DNA of 63,946 nucleotides, counting the filler, from Octopus bimaculoides (taxonomy: Eukaryota): the NCBI RefSeq assembly GCF_001194135.2. It is 7 parts of 6 records of this genome, joined end to end, with 100 filler letters (N's around TTAATTAATTAA, not from the genome) between each part and the next. Parts side by side here need not be neighbours in the genome. Positions count along the whole stretch, not along the records: positions 29,638 to 52,244 come from NC_068981.1; positions 52,345 to 56,465 come from NC_068987.1; positions 56,566 to 59,440 come from NC_068982.1; positions 59,541 to 62,626 come from NC_068984.1; positions 62,727 to 63,946 come from NW_026438322.1; 2 more parts are not named here. One strand, 5' to 3'. Both the position numbers and the translations under genes were made by a program. The first letter of the stretch is position 1; each line of letters begins with the position of its first letter. The notes under the pieces were generated by a model. That model was not told the origin of the DNA, ran no database searches, and saw only the letters and a list, made by a program, of their open reading frames with translations. Below are positions 51,407-62,727 of the stretch, in pieces.

Positions 51407-52172
51407 GGTTTGGACAGCTTCAATTTGAGTTCTTTCCGATGGAATTTTTGTCCATTCTTCAGCTAAAATAATCTCCGGTTCTTGTAGTGATGGTGATGAG
51501 GATATCGACTCCTTAATTGTTTTTCTAAAATACACAATGAATGTTGAATAATATTGAGATCTGCTGACCAGCGTGGTCAAATAAGATGTTCAACATTCAC
51601 TAGAATGTTTCTCGTGTCATTCAGAAACAATTTAAGCTGTGTCAATTGGAGCATTATCATCCTGAAATATTGCGATTCTCTCCGGAAACAGTTCTGCAAC
51701 AATACGCGTAATTTGATCAGATAAATTGCTCAGTCTTGATTATTTATTCTGCTATGAAGAAAAACCATTGGGCTAGGGGATTTCCAAGATATGCCTCCCC
51801 GCCTAGAAGACCATCACTGTTCTTCCTCCATGCTTAAAAGTTCGAAGAAGGCAGTCTAGGTCAAATGCTTCTTTTGGTTGTCTCCACACGTATACTCGGC
51901 GGTGGTCGGAAGAGAGGTAAGAGATGATTCATCCGAGAAAATAACATTCTTCCATTGCACTAGGGATCAATCCTGTAGGATTTTTCCTACACTCTAAACG
52001 CTTTGCAACGTTTCTTTTTCAAAGTGGTGGTTTTCTGATTGCAGCCCTCCCGGGAAATCCGACTTTGAGGAGCTCCTGGTGAACTTTTTGTTTAAAGCGG
52101 GTTCTCGAGGTCGTCATTAAGCTCTGCAGTAATTTTGGGAGCTGTAGTTTATGATCCTTTGTAACACTTGGC
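51407..52172 (-). mobile_element. Tc1-like transposase remnant
   Basis: GRAAIRKPPL, NVIFSDES, KHGGRTVMV, FQDDNAP, SADLNIIQH with many stops. Confidence 0.85.
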
Positions 52173-52212
52173 ATATATATATATATATATACATACATAC
52201 ATACATATATTT

Positions 52213-52244
<32 letters not shown>

Positions 52245-52824
52245 NNNNNNNNNNNNNNNNNNNNNNNNNNNNNNNNNNNNNNNNNNNNTTAATTAATTAA
52301 NNNNNNNNNNNNNNNNNNNNNNNNNNNNNNNNNNNNNNNNNNNNGTTCTCAAAACTTGAAAGAAAAAGGCTGATTAGAAGACTACAGATTCAAGCCATCA
52401 ATGGAACTGTAAAGATGTGTAAAACTTTCCAAAAATTTAGCACATAAATACATATGCATGCATCTAGACATAAAAACGCATCCATAAAACAAACATACAA
52501 CTCTGCGCATACACTAACATCAAATACTGCACACACACACACACATATGCACAAATACCTAGATGATGTTGATAAAAGTTCCAATGAAGGAGCCTTGAAT
52601 CTATGTTAGAGTCCGGCTCTTTCTCTATGGACAAGAAATACAGAAATGAAACTGATTGATAACATATATACATACATACATGCATGCATAAATACATACG
52701 TTCACTCATACACACATACATTCACTCATACATACATACATACACACACACACCTCATCCTTTATACGCCTATCTGTGCATCAGTGTCTATCTATATGTG
52801 TTTATATATATATATATATATATG

Positions 52825-52920
<96 letters not shown>

Positions 52921-55519
52921 AAGTACACACTTACAGTCTCACATTATGCGGAGAACTATCGATATTATGTATAAATTTCACAGAAACTCACTGAACACCG
53001 ATTCCTTCTAGACTGTTGAGTATCTGATGATAGGCCTCTGATGATCAGGCTGGTACAAGTATAGCAATGAACACCTTGCTATACGATGTAGGAAAATAAA
53101 ATAGAAACCTTGTGTCAGTGTCATTTAATTTCAGAAAGATTTTCGATTCAAGGCTAACGAAGTATTACAGCTGGAAAAATATCTGGTCCACAAACCTTAC
53201 ACTTATAACCAAAAGTAAAACGATTGTCTCTGATGCTTGAAATATTTCGGCTAGAATATTCTAAGGAGACAGTTTGTCAGTGGTTTGGATTATTTTGGCC
53301 TCAAATTCTCTGTAATCTCAGTTGCGAAAGTCCTATCGTCTGCAAGAGCAAAAGTCATGAATATAACCCATAATTCTTCCAAATTCTTTTCTTTTTTTCT
53401 TTTCTTTGAAAATTTAAATATCTATACCCTTACAATACTGAAAATACCTGGCTTTAATTCTAGTGTTTTTTTGTTGATATAAGGACAGAGTTTGGTCAAA
53501 GAAATGTTTATATTAAATTATTGACCGGATACAAGAAGTTCCCAAAAGGCACAACCTATACATCAGTGTTCTTTATAATCTGAAAATGACTCCTAACAAT
53601 GCCTTGGTATTGATGATATTTTATACCAAAGTACTTTAAACAAGAAGTGGCCAAAAAATATTATACAAGACTTACATTTTCAGTGACCGTGCTGATAGCA
53701 ATCTTATGAGATACTCGACCGGTCTATAGACGAAATGAGTTCCATTGATATTAAAACACGTAAGATCTTGACATCAAATGCAGTTTTCCACAGAAAGAAT
53801 GATTGATATTGATGAACGAGGAAGATCAGCACATACAGCTTTCGAGTGCCTTGTGTTAATAGACACCACATGTTAAGAAGGCAACAAAAATAAATACATT
53901 AACCAAGTGCATAAATGTGAACTTTATAACATCATGCGGGTCGATAATGGAGTCTTCAAGGCACATTCAATTTCAGATAATTTCCTATACATATCCAGAA
54001 TTGCTAGGCCAGCATATATCAGCACAGCTGTGGATAAGAAATACTGTATAGCACAAAATAGCTATGTATAGGTATGTTTGCCGTAAATGTGAAAATGATA
54101 ATGTTAACATTAAGTAATTCCTCTCCTGGACTTGTTAGCATTGTATCACGTCACGTCGTAAAGACTACGTTTTATAATCGAACAAAAAAGAGATTGCTTT
54201 AAAATATCTAATGGAAAAACGGGACGGTGAAGCATTTAAGCTTCCAAGGTACAGCCACTAATATTTATATCACATTTGTACTTTATGATATAATGCAAGC
54301 AATCAGAGCTGCCCGAATATAACTACTGCTCCCCTCCTCTGAATATAAATTTCCATTTATGCCAATAATGATTATTGTACTTCATAATGTTATTAAATAT
54401 CAGAGCGACAATACGAAAATCAAGGATATTCAAGAAAGAGACCAGCAGACATGAAACTTAACGCATTAAAATATGTAAACGGAACAATAAAAATATGCAA
54501 GTTTATGATGGAGTCTAGTAAGAATTCTAATACATATAAATTGAATGCATACATCTATATATATATATCTACTAACACACACACACACATATACATACAC
54601 TCATACATACACATACGGGCATACATATACACATAGTCACGCATTTACATATATACTTCTGTGTGTGTGTCTGTGCGGGTGTATGCGGCCATACGGATAC
54701 TAATGCATAAATTAAGGTTGCTAGAAGTGATTCACAGCTATCATATTTGACTCATCGAAGGACTGATTTAGCTAGAATGTATACCAAGAATTAAACAATA
54801 TTGGAGACTAGAAGCTGAAAGTATGAATTGATGCAAATCGGAAAGAAAACGAGAGAGAAGAAACTAGAGATGTGTGAAATACAGAAAGTAGTTTGAGTGT
54901 ATTTAAACTTAGGAGAAAGCGAAGAGAGAAACGGATATTGATATGGAAGTGTTGTCTAATGTACAATATTCCAACGGAAAAATCGAAATTAAATTATGCA
55001 AAACTTTCCGTAACATTCAGTTGAAGTATTGAGGTGTATACTGGCATCTATACCTGCATATAATCACACTGCTGTGCCTTTATACCTTACCTCTATTTAT
55101 GTCTGGTACTCTGTGTGCATCTATCGGTATACAAGCGCACACACGGGTGTATATGCACGCATATATATACAAACATTATATATACACACATTACACACAC
55201 ACACACACACACACACANNNNNNNNNNNNNNNNNNNNNNNNNNNNNNNNNNNNNNNNNNNNNNNNNNNNNNNNNNNNNNNNNNNNNNNNNNNNNNNNNNN
55301 NNNNNNNNNNNNNNNNNNNNNNNNNNNNNNNNNNNNNNNNNNNNNNNNNNNNNNNNNNNNNNNNNNNNNNNNNNNNNNNNNNNNNNNNNNNNNNNNNNNN
55401 NNNNNNNNNNNNNNNNNNNNNNNNNNNNNNNNNNNNNNNNNNNNNNNNNNNNNNNNNNNNNNNNNNNNNNNNNNNACACACACACACACGAACACACACA
55501 CACACACGCACACACACAC

Positions 55520-55563
<44 letters not shown>

Positions 55564-55734
55564 GTTCGTTATTTTTCGGTTGAACGAATTCACCAAGATA
55601 AGCTATGGTACTACATAGACTAAGTGATTCTTCTGTCATTTCATATATCGAAATAATGATATAAATGCAAACGCTAGTACACACTCACAAACAAGTAATT
55701 CACATGGGCACAACACAGTATCTACTTCAGTGTG

Positions 55735-56340
55735 AAACGGCAGAATCGTAAGCACGCCGAGTAAAATATTCAGCGGCATTTCGTCAGTCGTCATGCTCTG
55801 AGTACAAATTCTGCCGGGTTCGACTTTGCCTTTCATCTTTTTGGTGCACAATGCCAGCAATATTGGGTGAGGGGTGTAAGTAGACCACATCGGCCCCAGT
55901 GCTCAGCTGGTATTTATATATTCCATCTCGAAAGGAAGAAAAGCAAAGTCGACCTCTGCGGAATTTGAATTCGGAATGTAAGGATACAAGAAATACCGCT
56001 CAGCATTTCGGATGAGGAGCTAACGAATCTGACAGGCGGCCGCCTTACGGGTGTTATATATTAATGAAAGAGAGAATCAGCTGTCAGCAAAATTATTATT
56101 TACCATACGAAGGTAGTGAGGAAGTTGAATCGATACCATGCCGGACAAAATACTTAGCGCTGTTTCTTCCGTCGTTACGTACTGCGTGGAAATGCCGCAG
56201 AAGTCGACTTCACGTTTCATTATTTCGCAAGCGATAACATAAGTACAATCCGGGCACTGAGATGGAAGTAACCTCCTCCCCCAAAATAATTGCTGGTGTT
56301 GAATGGAAATTAAAAAAAAACAATTATTACTCACAATTCT
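55735..56340. mobile_element. Cluster of three decayed Meta-domain-like SINEs (+, -, +)
   Basis: GGGTTCGACTTTGCCTTTCATC (55815), AAAGCAAAGTCGACCTCTGCGGAATTTGAA (55940), GAAGTCGACTTCACGTTTCAT (56200). Confidence 0.65.
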
Positions 56341-57020
56341 ATAGTTCTGGTTTCGACACAAACAATCAACTAACCCACTGCAACAGGCATTCGATCTGTA
56401 GTAGACAGTATTGTTATTTATAATATTCCCTTAAGCGCTTCCAGCCCTGTAGAAATATATACATANNNNNNNNNNNNNNNNNNNNNNNNNNNNNNNNNNN
56501 NNNNNNNNNTTAATTAATTAANNNNNNNNNNNNNNNNNNNNNNNNNNNNNNNNNNNNNNNNNNNNTATATATATATATATATATATGAGAGAGGGAGAGA
56601 GAGTTATATGTATATAATATAACTCTCACCTGCAATTTATCTTTTCTCCAAGTACCAATCCCATTACTAAATTCTTTGAATCAGCAAAAACTACTATATC
56701 ATCTACTACCAGTCAACTGACCTCGCCAAATTCCTCCTTCCACTCCCTTATATTTTTCTTCTTTCTTCCCTTCTTCTCATCCTTATTCCTTCCTACATTT
56801 ATATACCCTTCTTATACTGTGACCTCCACATATTCTGATTGAATCCTCTTTACCTCAACACATACCTCCTTGCGACAGTGTGACCTGTAATTTAATCAAG
56901 ATATCTTTGGACTGAAGAGTAGCCAGCCGTATACTCTTCACTTGGATTTTACCACTTCTAAGGTTCCACTCGCTGTGAAACATGTAGCCCGGATTTTTCC
57001 TACTCCATTGTGTGTGTGTG

Positions 57021-57231
57021 TAAATAGTATGTGACAATTATTCGGTAGCCATGATAAAACTCCGAGTTTCAGATGTCGGAAACCCACGCCGACATTTCTT
57101 CAGTTATCTGGCCACCGAAAAAATGGTATGAAAATGATGGCCAGATAACTGAAGAGACGGCGGCGTGGGTTTCCGACATCCGAAACTCGGAGTTTTATCA
57201 TGGCCACCGAATAATTGTCACATGTTATTTA
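57021..57231. repeat. Near-perfect inverted repeat (~94-bp arms, 23-nt loop); MITE or foldback
   Basis: 57021-57114 is the reverse complement of 57138-57231 with few mismatches. Confidence 0.9.
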
Positions 57232-57719
57232 CAGATAAATTCCTCTATTTACATAATATCGAGGTCTCTTTCTTTCTTTTGTTGTCTTTCCTTTTCTATC
57301 AATATATATATATATTTGAAAAGATTTGTAAATGTACCACACGAGTAAGTAGATATTAAAGATAAACAAAATGAAAATGCCACTTTTTTAAAAAATTGGG
57401 TGTTTTAATTAATTTACATTATATGTTTCAGTTTTTTTGAAAAACCTTATCAAAAATGAGTATAAAATATGTGAGAAGAGAAGAGGGCTATTAATAAAAT
57501 AAAATTGAAATTAAAATTAAGAATAACATTCATAGTTTACTGTTATTTCTTGCATGTGCACTTGATCCTTTCGTTCTGGAAGCATGGTAAGTTCAATTCG
57601 CTGCGATAATCAATTACTACTATCTTTTTTTGTAAATTAAATTAAGTAGTGGTCAAGACTTGTTTTGTGGGAGTGGCTGCAGCCGTCGAATAACCAGCAG
57701 CAGCAGTAATAATAATAAC

Positions 57720-57754
<35 letters not shown>

Positions 57755-58469
57755 GAGGAGGAGGAGGAGTCGTGAAGTTGTTTAGACTGTAGGTCAGTAA
57801 TACACGTATCTTTATATTTGCGTATCTTTGGGCGATTGTGTGTGTGCGTGGTGGTGGGGAAGAGTGTGTGCACACGCTCGTTTATGAACTTGAGAAAAAC
57901 TATAATATTAATGTTGATGGTGAAAGCGATAATGATGAGAGTAATGATAATGTATAACAGTAACGATATCTTAATGCTAATTACTAATTTCCCTAGAGGA
58001 GCAAATGATTAATAATTTTAAAATCTGTAAAAACCTTTTATTCTTGTTGTTTAAGGATGAAAGTAATCTGCAGGACGCGTTAATTGAATCAAACCACCTC
58101 GGCGTTATATCTAGTTAGAAACTCTTCAAGATAAAGTGATAAATTACCATTTCCAACACCTATAACACAAATCTCACAATAAAATCATAGCAATCTGAGC
58201 AGATGCGTGAATATATGTGCATCGACGAAAACCCAATGATCCTTATGTATGAGAATATATGTGTGGGCGTGTGTGTGTGTGTGTGTGTGGATATACATGC
58301 ATATGTGTATGTAAGTGTGTTTATGTATATGTGTATATATATATATATATGTACATTTATACACACACATATATATATATGTACATGTGCACACGCACAC
58401 GTTATATATATATGAGCATATGCATGTATACATACATATCTGTACATACCTACTTCTACATGTTTATAT

Positions 58470-58630
58470 AGATGCATATCCGGGTACAGGACGTCAAAAA
58501 ACGTGGACAAAAAAGGAACGGGAACATAAATAAAGCACAAAAAAACGGACTTTTATTACGGACAACAGAACGAACACATAGGAAAACAGACGAGCCACTT
58601 ATGGAACTTTTCCTTCATCAGAAGCCTCGA
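58470..58630 (-). mobile_element. Microsatellite-anchored repeat end with CTGATGAAGG, truncated by a LINE
   Basis: GGGTACAGGACGTCAAAAAACG...TTCCTTCATCAG parallels 26160-26302. Confidence 0.55.
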
Positions 58631-58631
58631 G

Positions 58632-59420
58632 TATGCACACTGAACATTACACATCCATCGGAGCATACTGGCTTCATTCCTTGTGAACATACGCATGTCC
58701 TCAGCAATCACGGCCCATGTTTCACTGCCATGTAGCATGGCTGTTCGTACACATGCGTCATACAGTCTGCCTTTTACTCTGAGTGAGAGGCCCCTTGTCA
58801 CCAGCAGANNNNNNNNNNCTCTGAGTGAGAGGCCCCTTGTCACCAGCAGAGGTAAGAGCTCTCTGAACTTTGCCCAGGCTATTCTTATTCTAGCAGCTAC
58901 ACTTTCAGCGCACCCTCTCCCACTACTAACTTGGTCATCTAGATAGCGAAAGCTATCAACTAAGTCTAGTTTTTCTCCTTGAAATGTGGAAGAATTTCTT
59001 TTCTGCACATTTGCAGTGTTTATTGCTCCTGAACATCTGCCACATACAAAAACTAATTTCCTAGTTAACCTTCCTTTGATATTGCTGCACCTCTTATGTG
59101 TCCATAGCTTGCACTGGGTACATCTTATAGAGTTTCTACCTACACCTTTTTTACAGATCGAACAGGGCCATCTACCTGAAGGATTTGTGGCTTGTCTGCC
59201 TTCCTACTTATTAGGATTTTGGTTTTAGCTTGGTTGACTCTAAGGCCCTCCGATTCTAGTCCTTGCTCCCACACCTGAAACTTCTCCTCTAGTTCTGATA
59301 GTGACTCAGCAATTAGTGCAAGGTCATCAGCATAGAGGAGCTCCCAGGGGCATCCTGTCTTGAATTCCTCTGTTATTGCCTGGAGGACTATGATAAATAG
59401 GAGGGGGCTGAGGACAGAAC
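58632..59420 (-). mobile_element. RTE-like LINE RT fragment with an in-frame PHD finger
   Basis: QGSVLSPLLF, LLYADDL, then CSIC...CTQCKLWTHKRC...CGRC, then FRYL, AWAKFREL, AMLHGSETW. Confidence 0.9.
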
Positions 59421-59540
59421 CTTGGTAGACACATACTTCTNNNNNNNNNNNNNNNNNNNNNNNNNNNNNNNNNNNNNNNNNNNNTTAATTAATTAANNNN
59501 NNNNNNNNNNNNNNNNNNNNNNNNNNNNNNNNNNNNNNNN

Positions 59541-59612
<72 letters not shown>

Positions 59613-59719
59613 TTATATAGATATAGATATCCGTGTTTATTACTTAGTCATTTACCATGCTTAGGCGTTGATAAATTATCTAAGTTAACTTGATCCAGGC
59701 AGTTTTATTTCCTATAAAC

Positions 59720-60169
59720 CAAATCTCATTCTCCCTCTCTTTCTCCCTCTCTCTCTCTCTCACACACACAGACACCCTCTCCCTTTCTCTTCCATTTCCT
59801 TCTCACTCTCTCTCACTCTCTCTCACTCTCTCACATTCTATTTTATTCATTCACCTTCTGAATTGTCTGTGTCTTACGTTTTCTACTTCATCCATTTACT
59901 TTGTTACTCTGTCTCTATCTCACTTTGTCTCTCTGTCTCTCTCTATTTACCTACCTAACTATCAATTTATCTTAGCTACCTTACTATTTCACCATCCTTC
60001 CGCTTTGTGCATTATTATAACCTGTTCCCCATTTGCTATTCCTTTTGTCTCTTTTTCTCTTGCACATACATACTCACACACTCTCACACTCTTGCACTCC
60101 ACAAACACATGCACGCGCATACACACACGTACACACCCACGCACACCCAGACACAAACACATTCTCTCA

Positions 60170-60247
<78 letters not shown>
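59720..60247. repeat. (CT)n/(CA)n-rich degenerate microsatellite region
   Basis: Composition; ends in a pure (CT)n run. Confidence 0.85.
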
Positions 60248-60251
<4 letters not shown>

Positions 60252-61245
60252 CTCAAACATTGTTTTAATTTCTACATGTAGAGAATGATGTGAAAGTTGT
60301 GTCGAAAGGAAAGTTGAAAAGGTTGTAGTTACGAGAAACAGCGATAACTATGTGTCAGTGAGGGAGGGACTGTATTGGCGTGACAGGTAGTGGGAGGATG
60401 GGATGGCAGAAGTAGTGTGAGTTAACTAAACGTTTTGCTGTTTTGCTTTACAAAATAATGGCATTCACATATTGCAAATATTTTAATTATATACATATTA
60501 ATTACACACGCACAATCCCTCTCTCTCTCTCAACCTCCCTCTATCTATCTCTCACTCACACACATAACATAGAGTATGTTGCATGTATAAAGTATTGCTA
60601 TCACTTAGAGAGTTAAATATAATCGTTGAGTAAATTCGTTGTAGATACTTGAAAGTTCAAACTTTCGTAGTGACTCGCAGTTTCAACCCAAGTCAGGAAT
60701 TTCTAGGCGACACATACATACATACATACATACATACATACATACATACATACATACATACACACATACAGATATANNNNNNNNNNNNNNNNNNNNNNNN
60801 NNNNNNNNNNNNNNNNNNNNNNNNNNNNNNNNNNNNNNNNNNNNNNNNNNNNNNNNNNNNNNNNNNNNNNNNNNNNNNNNNNNNNNNNNNNNNNNNNNNN
60901 NNNNNNNNNNNNNNNNNNNNNNNNNNNNNNNNNNNNNNNNNNNNNNNNNNNNNNNNNNNNNNNNNNNNNNNNNNNNNNNNNNNNNNNNNNNNNNNNNNNN
61001 NNNNNNNNNNNNNNNNNNNNNNNNNNNNNNNNNNNNNNNNNNNNNNNNNNNNNNNNNNNNNNNNNNNNNNNNNNNNNNNNNNNNNNNNNNNNNNNNNNNN
61101 NNNNNNNNNNNNNNNNNNNNNNNNNNNNNNNNNNNNNNNNNNNNNNNNNNNNNNNNNNNNNNNNNNNNNNNNNNNNNNNNNNNNNNNNNNNNNNNNNNNN
61201 NNNNNNNNNNNNNNNNNNNNNNNNNNNNNNNNNNNNNNNNNNNNN

Positions 61246-61279
<34 letters not shown>

Positions 61280-61289
<10 letters not shown>

Positions 61290-61930
61290 ACGGAACAAAA
61301 ATGCATTAGAGGACAATAAAACATTCAGACAGATGGACGATACAAAGGCGGACAGGAGAAACAATTAGAAGAACAGGCAAAAAAAAGACGGGTCATTTGC
61401 AGCCTTCTTTCCTCAGTCAAGTTACCAGATGTCCTAAAAGGAATTTCGGGCAGTTACACTTGAGACTATTCGATCTGGTTGCCCTCCAAAACGTCTAAGC
61501 TAAGAGCATTAGATTTTTGTGTAAGAAAGCTAGCGAATGTGTACAGCAACAAAAAACAGAGAACATGGTACACAATTACAAATACAAGCAGCAAGAATAT
61601 AACAACAATGAGCTGGCGTGTATGAAATGAAAGCCTAAAAGCAGGAACATAGAAGATGGACATAAGAGGTGTTCGCGGTCAGTTGTCAGGCCAAGAAAGA
61701 AAGATCATGGCTGACCGGACACCGATTGCGTGGAAGGAGGAGAGAGGGTAGGGGGCAGCGGAATTGAAGGATTAGTAAAAAAAATCAGAGAGAAAGGGAA
61801 AGGTGTAGGGGAGGTAAACGAGGAGGAAAAGTGGGAGTTAAAGAAAGAGAGGGCCAAGAAATGTGTTAGAGAGAGGGGGAGCAAGATAAAGAAAAGAGGA
61901 AGGAAGTATGAGGGGGACTAAAAGATAGAA
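61280..61930 (-). mobile_element. Non-coding (TA)n-anchored repeat with hammerhead-like motifs
   Basis: Same layout as 35790-36400 (microsatellite, A-rich arm, TCNTCAG...TTTCG, long purine-rich distal part) without clear primary-sequence identity. Confidence 0.45.
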
Positions 61931-62109
61931 TAGAAGAGTCGTAAAAATTTAGATGCATACCTACTATAAGGTGGGAGAGAGGGGGATACAATACGATACT
62001 ACCAATCAGTTAGGATGGCTATTTAACACCGTCTTTGCTCGATAAATAGTCTTTATTTGTGGGTTAACATTGCCACCAATAATAAAAGAGACAAAGGATA
62101 AAGTTCCTT

Positions 62110-62348
62110 CCCGAGTCACCAAGACTCATAGGGCCGGTTTCCCGGTTTCCGTGGCCTATATATTCCCTACCTGGACAGGACGCCGGTCCGTTGCAGGCTT
62201 ACTCATTCATGACAGCTGAGTTGACTGGAGCAACGTGAAATGAAGTGTTTTGCTCAAGAGCACAACACATCGCCCGATCGAGGAATCGAAACCACAATCT
62301 TACGATCATGAGACCAACATCCATAATCACTAAATTACGCGTTTCCAC
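62110..62348 (-). mobile_element. tRNA-headed SINE with a CORE-like middle and a distinct tail
   Basis: Minus head GTGGAAACGCG...GATTGTGGTTTCGATTCC, then GTGCTCTTGAGCAAAACACTTCATTTCACGTTGCTCCAGTC. Confidence 0.7.
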
Positions 62349-62519
62349 GCTACCAATAATATCATGAAGAAATTTCAAGCAATTTTCAAGCGTTCCACTT
62401 AACAACGTTGTTAATCAGTCTCCTTGTTGTAATCCTCATCCAACATAAAGGTGGATTACTAACATTCTTGAGCGAAACGCTTGAAAATTGCGGAATTTCC
62501 GCATGAAACTACTGGTAGC
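62349..62519. mobile_element. ~170-bp MITE with ~45-bp TIRs
   Basis: GCTACCAATAATATCATG...GCAATTTTCAAGCGTT pairs with AACGCTTGAAAATTGC...CATGAAACTACTGGTAGC. Confidence 0.7.
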
Positions 62520-62589
62520 ACTCTTAATTTAAAGCATACATAGACTTATGTGCGTGTGTATATGTGTGTGTGTGTGTATACTCATAATG

Positions 62590-62626
<37 letters not shown>

Positions 62627-62727
62627 NNNNNNNNNNNNNNNNNNNNNNNNNNNNNNNNNNNNNNNNNNNNTTAATTAATTAANNNNNNNNNNNNNNNNNN
62701 NNNNNNNNNNNNNNNNNNNNNNNNNNT

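Noticed and set aside
53670-54060. SSIDR and AVCADL fragments reminiscent of GPCR TM2/TM3
   Set aside because: Motifs are in different frames with wrong spacing; not supportable.
58779-58848. 30-bp direct duplication inside the RTE ORF
   Set aside because: It flanks a 10-N gap; overlap artefact.
12480-61364. Many long ORFs in the track (poly-X, YI/CV/TH/LS repeats)
   Set aside because: Translations of N gaps and dinucleotide microsatellites.
9547-62682. Six identical TTAATTAATTAA islands inside N runs, resembling a regularly repeated element
   Set aside because: Six-frame stop linker placed by the assembly pipeline; not biological.
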